From an uncultured Chlamydiae bacterium (GTDB taxonomy: Bacteria; Chlamydiota; Chlamydiia; Chlamydiales; Parachlamydiaceae), in the NCBI GenBank assembly GCA_963754655.1, contig CAVWGN010000001.1, forward strand, positions 2,176,001 to 2,240,000: a stretch of 64,000 nucleotides of DNA, read 5' to 3'. Below are positions 29,051 to 39,482 of this stretch, piece by piece. How positions within the stretch are numbered: position 1 is the stretch's first letter; each line of letters starts with the position of its first letter. The notes below the pieces were generated by a model, which did no database searches, was not told the origin of the DNA, and was given only the letters and a program-made list of their open reading frames with translations. The position numbers and the translations under genes are program-made.

Positions 29051-29698
29051 TTATTGAAATTGTCTTTCTAAAGTATAAGACAAAACGTGTGATATTGTAG
29101 AACCAACCGAAATGGGGTGGCCCTTCAATATAAGAGGTGAGCCATCTTTTTTTGATCGTATTGCGACAAAATTAACTGTCTCATTTATCCCAAATGAAGG
29201 ATTAACTATTGAAACAGTGCCTACACCGTGGATAGGATCGGTAAGGCTGAGAGTAATTGTAGTTCCAGCGAGAATTCTGAAAAAAGTCACATCGCCAGGT
29301 GTACCAGCATAACTAGCACCTGCCAGAAAATGCGCCGTTCCATTGCCAAATTCATCAAAGGAAATTTGTCCATCTATTGTTAAAGATGTTCCGGTTGTTC
29401 CCGCACCGCTTACACCACCTACAGAATCGGCCCCTATCACCCAGGCTCCAGCAAAATCTGCTAACTTAAGTGATTTGATTTTGCTATGACGATTGTCGCG
29501 TTCGCGATAGCCAGAAAAACCGGAAAGACCGTGTTTTTCAACTTTTTGCTCAATAGTAGATTCATCTACTAAATTAGAAGTGACATTTAAAGTTTGTTCA
29601 CTTGCTATACAAGGCATCGTGAATAATGCAAATGACCAAGCGATCATTTCAAATGTTTTTACTCTTAACATTTTTATCCTCCTTTGTGGATTAACCAA
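29051..29698 (-). CDS. Exported hypothetical beta-rich protein
   Basis: Signal-like N-terminus; GGAGG RBS suggests a start at MLRVK (29671). Confidence 0.65.
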   Translation of the reverse strand: MVNPQRRIKMLRVKTFEMIAWSFALFTMPCIASEQTLNVTSNLVDESTIEQKVEKHGLSGFSGYRERDNRHSKIKSLKLADFAGAWVIGADSVGGVSGAGTTGTSLTIDGQISFDEFGNGTAHFLAGASYAGTPGDVTFFRILAGTTITLSLTDPIHGVGTVSIVNPSFGINETVNFVAIRSKKDGSPLILKGHPISVGSTISHVLSYTLERQFQ

Positions 29699-29982
29699 TA
29701 ATCAAATATTTTATTGCTAAGAAAAGTTATATCTCATTTCTCTTCTTTAGATGTCAATCAAACAAGTCGTGAGTTAAGATTTTCAACCATTATCAACAGA
29801 AACTAGAAAGTTGGGTCTTTCTATAGTCAATAACAAATCAAATAAAGTTTTACAACTGGATTAATAGTTTGATCCTTAAAGTACACGAAATAATAGTAGT
29901 ATATCTATTCGTAAGTAAATGACAGCCGAATAAAATTCATTAAAAGTCAGCGATCCTGCTTATCTTTTACCTGTAAACAGGA

Positions 29983-30402
29983 TTAGGGCAAAAAGCGGTT
30001 CTTTTGATCGGGGGGAGGCACCATGCATTGCGTTTGTGGAAAAAAATAGTGCCGATTGGTTGCGACTAGGCGATACATCCAATCAAACATCCAGCTGGGA
30101 AAAATAGAGAGCCATCCCACCAAGAGCCAAGGCCAGCCCAAGCGCCAAGCAATCCGTAGAGCCGCTTTGGCCAAAATTGAAATGCGCGGATAGGGAGAGT
30201 GGTAATTTTCAATTAAAATGAGGCTATCTGTAAATCTTATTTCAGCAGGTAGATTTTTTAAATAATGAGCTGCTGTTTTTCCTTGCAAAGGAGCAAAAAC
30301 AAAACATTGCTCCTTATCTTGCTTCAGCAAAAATTGGACGGTTCGATCACAGAGACCGCAATTTCCATCATAAAAAACTAAATGACTAAGAGGATTGCTC
30401 AT
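29983..30402 (-). CDS. DCC1-like thiol-disulfide oxidoreductase (DUF393)
   Basis: VFYDGNCGLC, FAPLQG, YRLVATNR. Confidence 0.88.
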   Translation of the reverse strand: MSNPLSHLVFYDGNCGLCDRTVQFLLKQDKEQCFVFAPLQGKTAAHYLKNLPAEIRFTDSLILIENYHSPYPRISILAKAALRIAWRLGWPWLLVGWLSIFPSWMFDWMYRLVATNRHYFFPQTQCMVPPPDQKNRFLP

Positions 30403-30425
30403 CGTTTTTTCCTTAAATTTTTTTA

Positions 30426-32219
30426 TCATTCTATCCGAACTTTAGGTGGATGACGCTTCAAGTCATCAAACTGCTTAGCTAATTCTAAAGCTTGATGATC
30501 CGAACACTGTCCACTTTGAATGCGGATTTTAATTTCTTCTCGCTTTTCCATCCAATTGCGATCTAAAATCTTCTGAATGGTTTCTATCAACTGCTGCTCA
30601 GCTCGCTCTTTATTGATTTTCTTATGCACTAAATCCGACAAAACTAATTGCCCTTCGGCCTCATTCAAATCAATAGCCAACGAAAGTAAATCGCACGGTC
30701 GTTGGTTTTCGTAATTTTCTCGATAAACATCAAAGATTTTTTGACAAATTGAGACGTGGAAATCTTCTTTTTTTAAATTAGCACGCACTAAATCAATGAG
30801 ACGTGTTTGCTCTTGGCCCAAGAGCAACAACCAGCGCAAGAGATCTGTCTCTAAAATGCGATCCGGATCAATCGTCTGAGTTCCTACACTTGCCGACTTT
30901 CTAATATAGACATTTGGCATTTGCTCTCGTCCCACCCCCACATAGTCTTCAGGAACTTTCATCATGTGAGCCAGCTTGCGCAATGTTTCATGCACCATGA
31001 CTGGATGATCCCATTCTCGAATCAACTTCGTAGCATTCTGAATCAATTCATTTTTAGCAGCAGGAGAATCTAAATTTAAATCACGCGAGAGATGCTGAAT
31101 CAAAAAGCTCAAATAATCAAGGCTATTTCCCATTAATTTTAAGAAGGCTTGCGGTCCCTGCTCGCGCAAAAAAGAGTCAGGATCTTGCCCAGATGGCATA
31201 GAGATGACTTGAATCTCAATTCCTTCTTTCTGAAAAAGATGGCCAATTTTGGCAGTGGCCTCTTGTCCTGCTTTATCGGAGTCTAAGGCCAAAAATACTT
31301 GGTTAACTCCTAAAAGGACCAGTTCTTTGACATGACCTTCACCAAATGCCGTTCCTTGTCCTGCCACAGTGATATTAAAACCTGTGTCAATCAGACGCAG
31401 AGCATCAATTTGTCCTTCTACAATAATGGCTTTGCGCTCTTTGGCGATGCGTTTGCGAGAATAATTAAATCCAAAAAGGACGCGCGATTTTTTGAATAAA
31501 GCTGTTTCTGGCGTATTGACATATTTGCCTCCAAACGTTTCTTCTTTATATTTGCGTCCTGAAAATCCAATAACCTCTCCAGTATGATGATGAATGGGAA
31601 ACATCACACGGTCGCAAAAAAAATCTCGCCATTGCCCTTCCTTGGTTGAAGTCAAAAGTCCTGCCTCAACAAGAATGTCATCACGAATATTTTTAGATTG
31701 CATCACTTTGCGTAGCATTCCCGGTATTTTGGGAGCAAATCCCACTTGAAAGCGGCGAATAAATTCTAAATCAATACCGCGCTCATATAAATAATGTAAA
31801 GCCTCATGTCCTTCTGCAGAATGCAAAAGAGAAAAATGGAAGAATTGGCAAGCGTAATCTAAAACCTCTTTCAATAATGCTTTATTAGGTCCTTTTTTCT
31901 CTTCACGTTCATTTACCATTTCTAAATGAACATGGAAGCGCTGAGCCAAACTCTCCACAGCTTCCCCAAAACTCATTTTTTGATGTGCCATCAAAAACTG
32001 AATTGCATCACCGTGAGCTCCGCAACCAAAGCAGTGATAATGAGTATCTCCTCTTTGAACAATAAAAGAAGGGGTTTTTTCTTCATGAAAAGGACAAAGT
32101 CCTTTATAAGAAGCGCCACTGCGTTTAAGTTCTACGTAAGAGGATAAAACCTCTACCAAATTAACGCCTTGACGCAAAGATTCTAAGCTTTCTTTATTAA
32201 ATATAGGCACGTTATGCAT
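30426..32219 (-). CDS. dnaG: DNA primase
   Basis: CPFHEEKTPSF zinc finger, KYVNTPET, VEGQID, LDSDKAG; start at ATG 32219 or GTG 32210 rather than 32312. Confidence 0.96.
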   Translation of the reverse strand: MHNVPIFNKESLESLRQGVNLVEVLSSYVELKRSGASYKGLCPFHEEKTPSFIVQRGDTHYHCFGCGAHGDAIQFLMAHQKMSFGEAVESLAQRFHVHLEMVNEREEKKGPNKALLKEVLDYACQFFHFSLLHSAEGHEALHYLYERGIDLEFIRRFQVGFAPKIPGMLRKVMQSKNIRDDILVEAGLLTSTKEGQWRDFFCDRVMFPIHHHTGEVIGFSGRKYKEETFGGKYVNTPETALFKKSRVLFGFNYSRKRIAKERKAIIVEGQIDALRLIDTGFNITVAGQGTAFGEGHVKELVLLGVNQVFLALDSDKAGQEATAKIGHLFQKEGIEIQVISMPSGQDPDSFLREQGPQAFLKLMGNSLDYLSFLIQHLSRDLNLDSPAAKNELIQNATKLIREWDHPVMVHETLRKLAHMMKVPEDYVGVGREQMPNVYIRKSASVGTQTIDPDRILETDLLRWLLLLGQEQTRLIDLVRANLKKEDFHVSICQKIFDVYRENYENQRPCDLLSLAIDLNEAEGQLVLSDLVHKKINKERAEQQLIETIQKILDRNWMEKREEIKIRIQSGQCSDHQALELAKQFDDLKRHPPKVRIE

Positions 32220-32411
32220 TCTCCCAAGGCGCTTTTTAGTACCTGAAAAATCTTCTGGCTGTATGAGGGGAGCGTACCTAAAAGACTTTAGGTACGCTCC
32301 CTCGTACTCCATTACATTAGTTTTTGCCTATCGGGACTGCTTCAAAGTCTTGAATTGGATGAGATGATTCTCTTGTAGTCCTTCAGACTACATGACGAGG
32401 GCTAATCTAAC

Positions 32412-32577
32412 CTAGTACTCAACCACATTAGTTTTGTGTATTTAGATTGCTTGAAAGCTCCCGCGGTTGAATTGGCGTAAGTGGGTCAATATTAGCAATA
32501 TGGACCCACTTACGCCAATTCAACCCCGGGGCTTTGAAGCAATCTAAATACACAAAACTAATGTGGTTAAGTACTAG
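32412..32577. mobile_element. CTAG-flanked MITE-like palindrome
   Basis: ctagtactcaaccacattagttttgtg ... cacaaaactaatgtggttaagtactag. Confidence 0.85.
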
Positions 32578-32721
32578 TACTCAACCACATTAGTTTTGTG
32601 TATTTAGACTGCTTCAAAGCCCCGGGTTGAATTGGTGCTAATATTGACCCATTTACGCCAATTCAACCGCGGGAGCTTTCAAGCAATCTAAATACACAAA
32701 ACTAATGTGGTTGAGTACTAG
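32574..32721. mobile_element. Second CTAG-flanked MITE-like palindrome, opposite orientation, sharing the CTAG
   Basis: Same terminal inverted repeats; internal asymmetry flipped relative to 32412-32577. Confidence 0.85.
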
Positions 32722-32864
32722 GGCTAGGATGTTCATTTTGTGCAAAAAATGAGCTTTATTTTCACAATAATTGGCATAGTTGAATTGAAGGTCGCATGTT
32801 TATGTCGTCCTTTCAGGACTCGATGTCTTTTTGATAGAACCCAGGCCTCCGCTTCGCTGCGACC

Positions 32865-33535
32865 TGGGCTGTAACATGACGGCCCTTCAGGCCTTAACAA
32901 AAGATGTTTAAGTCCCTCTTCTATAGTCCCTAAATCATCTTTTTGTTAAAGCCTGAAGGCCCTCATGTTACAGCCCAGGTCGCAGCAAAGCGGAGGCCTG
33001 GGCTATAACATGAGGGCCTTCAGGCCTTAACAAGAGATGTTTAAGTCCCTGTTCTATAGTCCCTAAATCATCTTTTTGTTAAAGCCTGAAGGCCGTCATG
33101 TTATAGCCCAGGTCGCAGCGAAGCGGAGGCCTGGGCTGTAACATGACGGCCTTCAGGCTTTAACAAGAGATGTTTAAGTCCCTGTTCTATAGTCCCTAAA
33201 TCATCTTTTTGTTAAAGCCTGAAGGCCGTCATGTTATAGCCCAGGTCGCAGCGAAGCGGAGGCCTGGGCTGTAACATGACGGCCTTCAGGCTTTAACAAG
33301 AGATGTTTAAGTCCCTGTTCTATAGTCCCTAAATCATCTTTTTGTTAAAGCCTGAAGGCCGTCATGTTATAGCCCAGGTCGCAGCGAAGCGGAGGCCTGG
33401 GCTGTAACATGACGGCTTTCAGGCCTTAACAAGAGATGTTTAAGTCCCTGTTCTATAGTCCCTAAATCATCTTTTTGTTAAAGCCTGAAGGCCGTCATGT
33501 TATAGCCCAAGTCGCAGCGAAGCGGAGGCCTGGGT
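32865..33535. repeat. Tandem array of 5 x 133-bp units (palindromic REP plus constant linker)
   Basis: Linker gatgtttaagtccct starts at 32903, 33036, 33169, 33302 and 33435. Confidence 0.9.
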
Positions 33536-34285
33536 TCTATCAAAAAGACATCAAGTCCTGAAAGGACGACATAAACATGCGACCTTCAATTCAACTATGC
33601 CACTTATTGTGAAAAATAAAGCTCATTTTTTGCACAAAATTAACACCCTAACCCAGGGCGATGCCCTGGGCTATTTTATTTGAAGCCTTTCATGCTCTGA
33701 ACGTCGGACATTTTGGAAGACCTCCTTCTATAACGATTGTAGGGCTATGCCTATTAAAGGGTAAATACTCCACAATCATTTTAGAGACGGTTAACAAAAA
33801 CCTTTCCAATGTTCAGAGCCTGAAAGGCTCCAAATAAAATAGCCCAGGGCATCGCCCTGGGTAGATTAGCCCTCGTCATGTAGTCTGAAGGACTACAAGA
33901 GAATCATCTCATCCAACCCAAGGCTTTCAAGCACTCCCCATAGGCTAAAATTAATGTAATAGAGTCTAGTACCTACGCGTTAAATGCTCAGCCAGAGATA
34001 AGGTTAGGCGATGTATCGCCTTCAGTCGCCGCCCCCCTTACATGCTAAAAAAATATAACCTGTCTCACAGTAATTGTCTATCCCATTATGATATGAATAG
34101 TTGCCCCTTGAATTAATTAAAAGATGTACCTTTAATTGTTTCTCATATCCTTCCTAATTTAATTTAACCAATCGACAAAGTAATTTATTAATCTAACTGA
34201 TTTTTGCTGATTTGAATACTGATTGCAAAATAAAAAACAAAGACATATCATTTTGTAGATTAAGATTAATTTATGTATTTATGCC

Positions 34286-34726
34286 TTGGTCAATTTATTA
34301 AAAGCGGGGAAAACTTTTATGGCAAATTTTGGAGCAAGAGTGTGCGGAGGAATCGTTGGGATAACCCTCATGACTCCTATTACAGGTGGAGTGGGCGCTT
34401 TAGCTGGATTTGTTTATGCTAAATTCGCTGATTTACCAGTAGGACAAGTCGCAAAAGCGTGGGCTATTTGGTTTGCGGTTCAGGATGCATTCATGAGACT
34501 GGCAGTTACTTTTACTGAAAATCCATCCACTCAAGCTTTAATTAAAGCTGCCATTGTGACAACAAGCACAATCATTGGAATTGAAGAATTGCAAAAAAGA
34601 GGCGTTTTAGGCCATATAATGGCCATTGTCCTTGTAGCGTTAAACACTCTTAACATTCTAGGATTCCTTGCAACGGCTCTCTCACCCACAAGTGTTGATG
34701 CCACGGAAAATGAACAGCAAAATTGA
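34286..34726 (+). CDS. Hypothetical membrane protein (paralogue of the next gene)
   Basis: Hydrophobic helices; ADLPVGQVAKAWAIW; start may be ATG 34319. Confidence 0.7.
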   Translation: MVNLLKAGKTFMANFGARVCGGIVGITLMTPITGGVGALAGFVYAKFADLPVGQVAKAWAIWFAVQDAFMRLAVTFTENPSTQALIKAAIVTTSTIIGIEELQKRGVLGHIMAIVLVALNTLNILGFLATALSPTSVDATENEQQN

Positions 34727-34870
34727 GAGAAAGGGAAAGATGGGCCTCTATTTTTTATTTCATAAAAATTTCGCGATTAAAACTTAAATACACTTTAACC
34801 TTAAAAACTAATTATTTTCCTTAATTTTTTTTTAAATAATTTCACAAACAACAATAAGGAGTTTCTTATT

Positions 34871-35272
34871 ATGACATCTATCGGCAAAAAAATCATGCAT
34901 GAAGCAGTAGAAACTGTATGGAAAGGAGGCGTAGTAGGAGCATGCGGAGCAGGATTAGGATATCTTTATGGACAATTAGCTGATTTACCTGCCAGCCAAG
35001 TCGCCAAAGCTTGGGCAGTGTGGTGTGTAGCAAACGTCGCAATACAAAGCTTCATTAACACATGGATTGACGATTTGACTACGCGACTGTTCGCCCACAC
35101 TGTCAGTGCAGTGGCAGTGACAACAATTGGAATTCAAGAATGTAGAAAAAGAGGACTTCTGGGCGATAAAATGATGAAATTCATTATCGTGACACAAAGT
35201 CTCGCTGTGGTAGTCAATCTTTTGGCAATTGTTGGCATAAATGTATTTGGCACATCAAAGCTAACAAGCTAA
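34871..35272 (+). CDS. Hypothetical membrane protein (paralogue of the previous gene)
   Basis: AAGGAG RBS; ADLPASQVAKAWAVW. Confidence 0.75.
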   Translation: MTSIGKKIMHEAVETVWKGGVVGACGAGLGYLYGQLADLPASQVAKAWAVWCVANVAIQSFINTWIDDLTTRLFAHTVSAVAVTTIGIQECRKRGLLGDKMMKFIIVTQSLAVVVNLLAIVGINVFGTSKLTS

Positions 35273-35499
35273 CAATTCATCCAAAGATGCAAAAATTTAT
35301 TAATGGCGACATTGTAGCAGCAAGCAATAGAAATTAAAAAAAATCTTTTTATTTTCTTTTCTCTTGAAATTACAACGAAATTTTTAGAGAATGACTTGTT
35401 TTCAGCCCTGTTTTCCGTTATGATTGTTCCAAGGTAGACCGATTCCAGTTGAAGCTTATAGAGGCCTTAGCTGGAATCGTGCCTAATGAAGAGAAGAGT

Positions 35500-37662
35500 A
35501 TGGAACAAATTTGCGGATACATTGAACGGCTGACCTTTCATAATTCTGAAAATGGCTATACGGTGGCCCAACTGAAGCTGTTGAATCGAGACGATTTGAC
35601 GTGTGTGGTGGGTTGTATGCCGGGTATTCAACCAGGCGAGACCGTCCGCTGTTTTGGACAATGGAAAAATCACCTCATTCATGGTCGCCAATTTGAAGTA
35701 GCAAACTTCCACGTAGAAGCACCTGCCGATGTCGTGGGCATTCGCAAATATTTGGGCTCAGGACTGATCAAGGGAATTGGACCAAAATACGCGGGCCGGA
35801 TTGTCGATCGCTTTGGCACCGATACCCTCTCAATCATTGAACACTCTCCGGAAAAGCTCTTGGAAATTCCAGGGCTAGGCGCTAAGCGCATCGAAAAGAT
35901 CAAAGCTTGCTGGCTGGATCAAAGAGCCATTCGCGATGTGATGGTGTTTCTTCAAACTTATGGTGTCAGTCCTGCCTTTGCTCAAAAAATTTTTAAATCT
36001 TATGGCGATCAAAGCATTGCAAAAGTCAAAGAAAATCCTTATACCCTGGCCCGCGACATTTTTGGGATTGGGTTTCGCACAGCTGATCTTCTTGCCCAAA
36101 AAATGGGTATTGCAAGCGATTCGACCCAACGATTAGATGCAGGCATTGAATATGTGCTCTCACAATTATCTAATGATGGCCATGTCTGTTACCCTGTTGA
36201 AGAATTTTTGCTAGAGGCACAAAAAATCTTAGAAGCGATGCCCATGCAAATAGAAGAGCGGTTAACGGTCCTTCAGCAAGAAGGTCGCATTGAACTCAAA
36301 GACCTGCTAGAAAAGGGAAAAAAGCGTCGTTTTGTTTGGCTCAAACCCCTATTTATTGCAGAGATGGGTATTGCCCGTGAACTGCGGCGTCTCAAACAGG
36401 GAACCAGCTTTCTGCGTCCTATTGAGGTTGAAAGAGCGCTTGTTTGGGTTCAAGAACAACTTCAGATTGAATTAGCTCCCAATCAACAGAAAGCAGTCGC
36501 TTGCGCTGTTACGGGCAAACTGCACATTATCACGGGGGGGCCCGGAACTGGTAAAAGCACCATTACCAATGCCATCTTAACTATCACTCAAAAGCTGACA
36601 CAGAAAATTCTCCTTGCCGCTCCAACAGGCCGTGCAGCTAAACGCATGAGCGAGATCACTAAATGTAAAGCATCGACGATCCATAGTCTATTGGAGTTTG
36701 ACTTTAAAGCGATGGGATTTAAACGCAATCGAGAAAATCCTCTTGAATGTGATTTAATCGTCATTGATGAAGCAAGCATGATTGATACATTTCTGATGTA
36801 CAGCCTCCTCAAAGCAATACCCGACCATACACGGGTTATCTTTGTGGGTGATATTAATCAATTGCCAAGCGTCGGGCCAGGAAACGTCCTTAAAGACATG
36901 ATTGCCTCTTTAAGCTTGCCGGTCACGACGCTTACGGAAATTTTCCGCCAAGCAGCGGGCTCTCACATCATTACCAACGCCCATCGTATTAACCGAGGAA
37001 TATTTCCACAGCTTTACAATGGACAAAATAGTGATTTTTTCTTCATGGAATGCCAAGAAAATCAAGATGTTTTAAATACGATCGTCAAACTGGTTTCCCA
37101 GCGACTTCCCAACCGCTATGGTTTTAATCCTACCGAAGACATTCAAGTCTTAGCTCCTATGAAAAAGGGAATGATCGGAACTGAAAATCTGAATCAAACC
37201 TTGCAACAAGTTCTTAATCCCAAAGAAGCCGCTCTTTTCCGTGCAGGATACAAATTTCAAATTGGCGACAAGGTCATGCAAATTCGCAATGACTATAAGC
37301 GAGAAGTTTTTAATGGAGATATTGGTTATATTCAAAATATTGATACAGAAGAACAGCAAGTTGTGGTCCGTTTTGAAGAACGGGATGTCTCTTACGATTA
37401 TAGTGATTTAGATGAATTAGTGCTTGCTTACGCAATTTCAATTCATAAATTTCAAGGAAGCGAATGTCCTTGTGTCGTCATGCCTGTCCATACGAGCCAT
37501 TTTATGCTTCTTCATCGCAATTTGCTTTATACAGGAATTACACGAGGCAAAAAACTTGTTGTCCTTGTCGGCACTAAGAAAGCTCTTGCGATTGCAGTCA
37601 AAAAAGATGATGTCCAAAAGCGTCACACAAGTTTACAACAAACTTTAATGGAATTGATCTAA
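35500..37662 (+). CDS. recD2: RecD2-like SF1B DNA helicase
   Basis: IKGIGPK HhH, GGPGTGKS, APTGRAA, DEASM, HKFQGSE; start moved to MEQICG. Confidence 0.93.
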   Translation: MEQICGYIERLTFHNSENGYTVAQLKLLNRDDLTCVVGCMPGIQPGETVRCFGQWKNHLIHGRQFEVANFHVEAPADVVGIRKYLGSGLIKGIGPKYAGRIVDRFGTDTLSIIEHSPEKLLEIPGLGAKRIEKIKACWLDQRAIRDVMVFLQTYGVSPAFAQKIFKSYGDQSIAKVKENPYTLARDIFGIGFRTADLLAQKMGIASDSTQRLDAGIEYVLSQLSNDGHVCYPVEEFLLEAQKILEAMPMQIEERLTVLQQEGRIELKDLLEKGKKRRFVWLKPLFIAEMGIARELRRLKQGTSFLRPIEVERALVWVQEQLQIELAPNQQKAVACAVTGKLHIITGGPGTGKSTITNAILTITQKLTQKILLAAPTGRAAKRMSEITKCKASTIHSLLEFDFKAMGFKRNRENPLECDLIVIDEASMIDTFLMYSLLKAIPDHTRVIFVGDINQLPSVGPGNVLKDMIASLSLPVTTLTEIFRQAAGSHIITNAHRINRGIFPQLYNGQNSDFFFMECQENQDVLNTIVKLVSQRLPNRYGFNPTEDIQVLAPMKKGMIGTENLNQTLQQVLNPKEAALFRAGYKFQIGDKVMQIRNDYKREVFNGDIGYIQNIDTEEQQVVVRFEERDVSYDYSDLDELVLAYAISIHKFQGSECPCVVMPVHTSHFMLLHRNLLYTGITRGKKLVVLVGTKKALAIAVKKDDVQKRHTSLQQTLMELI

Positions 37663-38777
37663 TGGTTAAGAAGAATGCATCCTTTCCTTTTCCTTTTCCC
37701 AAGCTCATCAAAAAATCTTCTCTCACAGCCATCCTCTTATTTCTCGCATGGACATTTTACCAGCTTGTCGAACAATATCATGTGACTCAACCAATCAAAT
37801 TACCCTCCTCTAATGAACCTGTTGAATTATATTCAAATCAGACTCAAGACGACTTGACACATTTATTTCAGCAGGCAATTGAGAGCGCGCAAGAGTCAAT
37901 TACCTTGATTATTTATGCTTTAACTGACCCAACAATTATTCAAACTCTACAGAAAAAAACCGATGCTGGCGTTCAAATTTATATTGTCTGCGATGCCAAA
38001 GCATCGCCAGGAATATCGCACCGCCTTCCTAGAGCAACTATCGTCAAGCGATTTGGACGAGGACTCATGCATCAAAAGATTTTAATCATCGATGACAAAC
38101 AAATCTGGCTAGGATCTGCGAATCTCACAACCAGTTCCTTGCAGGTCCACGGCAATCTCGTCATGAGTTTAGAGAATTCAGCTCTCGCAGAAGCTTTAAC
38201 AGCTCGCGCTAAAAGCATGAATGAAGAAGGTGGCTATACTCCTCTTCTGCATCGTGAAACGACAGCGGGTCCTCAGAACCTGGAACTTTGGGTTTTACCA
38301 GATGATCCACATGCGGTTAAGCGCATGATTGACCTTTTTCGTTCCGCACAAAAGAGTATCAAAGTCGCCATGTTCACATGGACTCGGGTCGATTTTACAG
38401 AAGAGCTCATTGCTGCAGCTAAACGAGGTGTCAAAGTGGAAGCTGTCATTGATCGCTACTCAGGCAAAGGGGCGAGCGCTAAAATCGTGCGTTTGCTCAA
38501 AGAAGGAGACCTCCCCGTCCGTTTAAGCACAGGTAATAAACTTTTGCATCACAAATTTGCTTATATTGACGACTCCATTTTGATCAATGGATCTGCCAAT
38601 TGGACAAATGCAGCTTTTAAAGAAAATGACGATTATTTTATTATCTTATACCCCTTGACTCCTGAACAACAGGCTAAAATGAATCAACTTTGGAGCGTAA
38701 TTGTAAAGGAATCAGAACCCCCTGGCGTTTCTGGAAAAAATGAAAAAGAGAGAAAACGCCATGCATGGGATGATTAG
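37662..38777 (+). CDS. Phospholipase D family protein (two HKD motifs), N-terminal membrane anchor
   Basis: HQKILIIDD..GSAN and HHKFAYIDD..GSAN. Confidence 0.9.
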   Translation: MVKKNASFPFPFPKLIKKSSLTAILLFLAWTFYQLVEQYHVTQPIKLPSSNEPVELYSNQTQDDLTHLFQQAIESAQESITLIIYALTDPTIIQTLQKKTDAGVQIYIVCDAKASPGISHRLPRATIVKRFGRGLMHQKILIIDDKQIWLGSANLTTSSLQVHGNLVMSLENSALAEALTARAKSMNEEGGYTPLLHRETTAGPQNLELWVLPDDPHAVKRMIDLFRSAQKSIKVAMFTWTRVDFTEELIAAAKRGVKVEAVIDRYSGKGASAKIVRLLKEGDLPVRLSTGNKLLHHKFAYIDDSILINGSANWTNAAFKENDDYFIILYPLTPEQQAKMNQLWSVIVKESEPPGVSGKNEKERKRHAWDD

Positions 38778-38780
38778 ACG

Positions 38781-39482
38781 ATGAAAATTGCTCTCATCGG
38801 ATATGGTAAAATGGGACAATTAATCGAACAAATCGCCCCTACCAAGGGACATCAAATTGTTGCCCATTTTTCTCGTCATTTAGGGACTCCTCAAGAGCGA
38901 TGGCAAGATCTTTCACAAGCTGACCTAGCCATTGACTTTAGCCAAGGTGCTTTTGTTTTAGAGCATCTCAAAACTTGCTTATCTTTAAACAAACCTTTAG
39001 TCATTGGCACAACTGACTGGGAAGAGCAACTTGTTCCTGCAAAGAAAATGGTGGAGCAAGCCAATGGAAGTTGTCTTTATGCTTCTAATTTCTCAATTGG
39101 TATCTATCTCTTTCAGCAAATCATCTCCTATGCCGCTTCTCTTTTTCAATCTTTTAGCGATTATGATGTCAGTGGAGTAGAGTCTCATCATCGCCAAAAG
39201 CTCGATCAACCTTCAGGGACAGCGAAAGCTTTAAGCCAAAATATCATGCATCATATGCCCAGACTTGAAGAATTAAGCTTTTCCAGTATTCGCTGTGGCC
39301 ATATTCCCGGCACACATACCCTGTACTTTGATAGTCCAGTCGATACATTGACTTTTACACACCAAGCACGCAATCGACAAGGATTTGCTCATGGAGCTTT
39401 GATGGCAGCTGAATGGCTCCTCCCCCGTAAAGGATTTTTTACCATGGAAGACATGATGCATCATCAAAGAGGCAACCCATGA
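38781..39482 (+). CDS. dapB: 4-hydroxy-tetrahydrodipicolinate reductase
   Basis: GYGKMG, VIGTT, SNFSIG, HHRQKLDQPSGTA. Confidence 0.93.
   Translation: MKIALIGYGKMGQLIEQIAPTKGHQIVAHFSRHLGTPQERWQDLSQADLAIDFSQGAFVLEHLKTCLSLNKPLVIGTTDWEEQLVPAKKMVEQANGSCLYASNFSIGIYLFQQIISYAASLFQSFSDYDVSGVESHHRQKLDQPSGTAKALSQNIMHHMPRLEELSFSSIRCGHIPGTHTLYFDSPVDTLTFTHQARNRQGFAHGALMAAEWLLPRKGFFTMEDMMHHQRGNP

Larger units (their letters stand above)
32304..33969. mobile_element. Composite nested palindromic element: outer shell, two CTAG MITEs, GGGTGTT shell and REP array
   Basis: Outer arms 32304-32411 and 33860-33969 are reverse complements; inner modules listed separately. Confidence 0.85.

Noticed and set aside
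32220..32312. N-terminal extension of DnaG in the ORF track
   Set aside because: It begins inside the mobile element and hairpin; primase homology starts at PIFNKESL.
32865..33535. CRISPR array
   Set aside because: The would-be spacers are near-identical, the repeats are about 80 bp, and there are no cas genes in the window.
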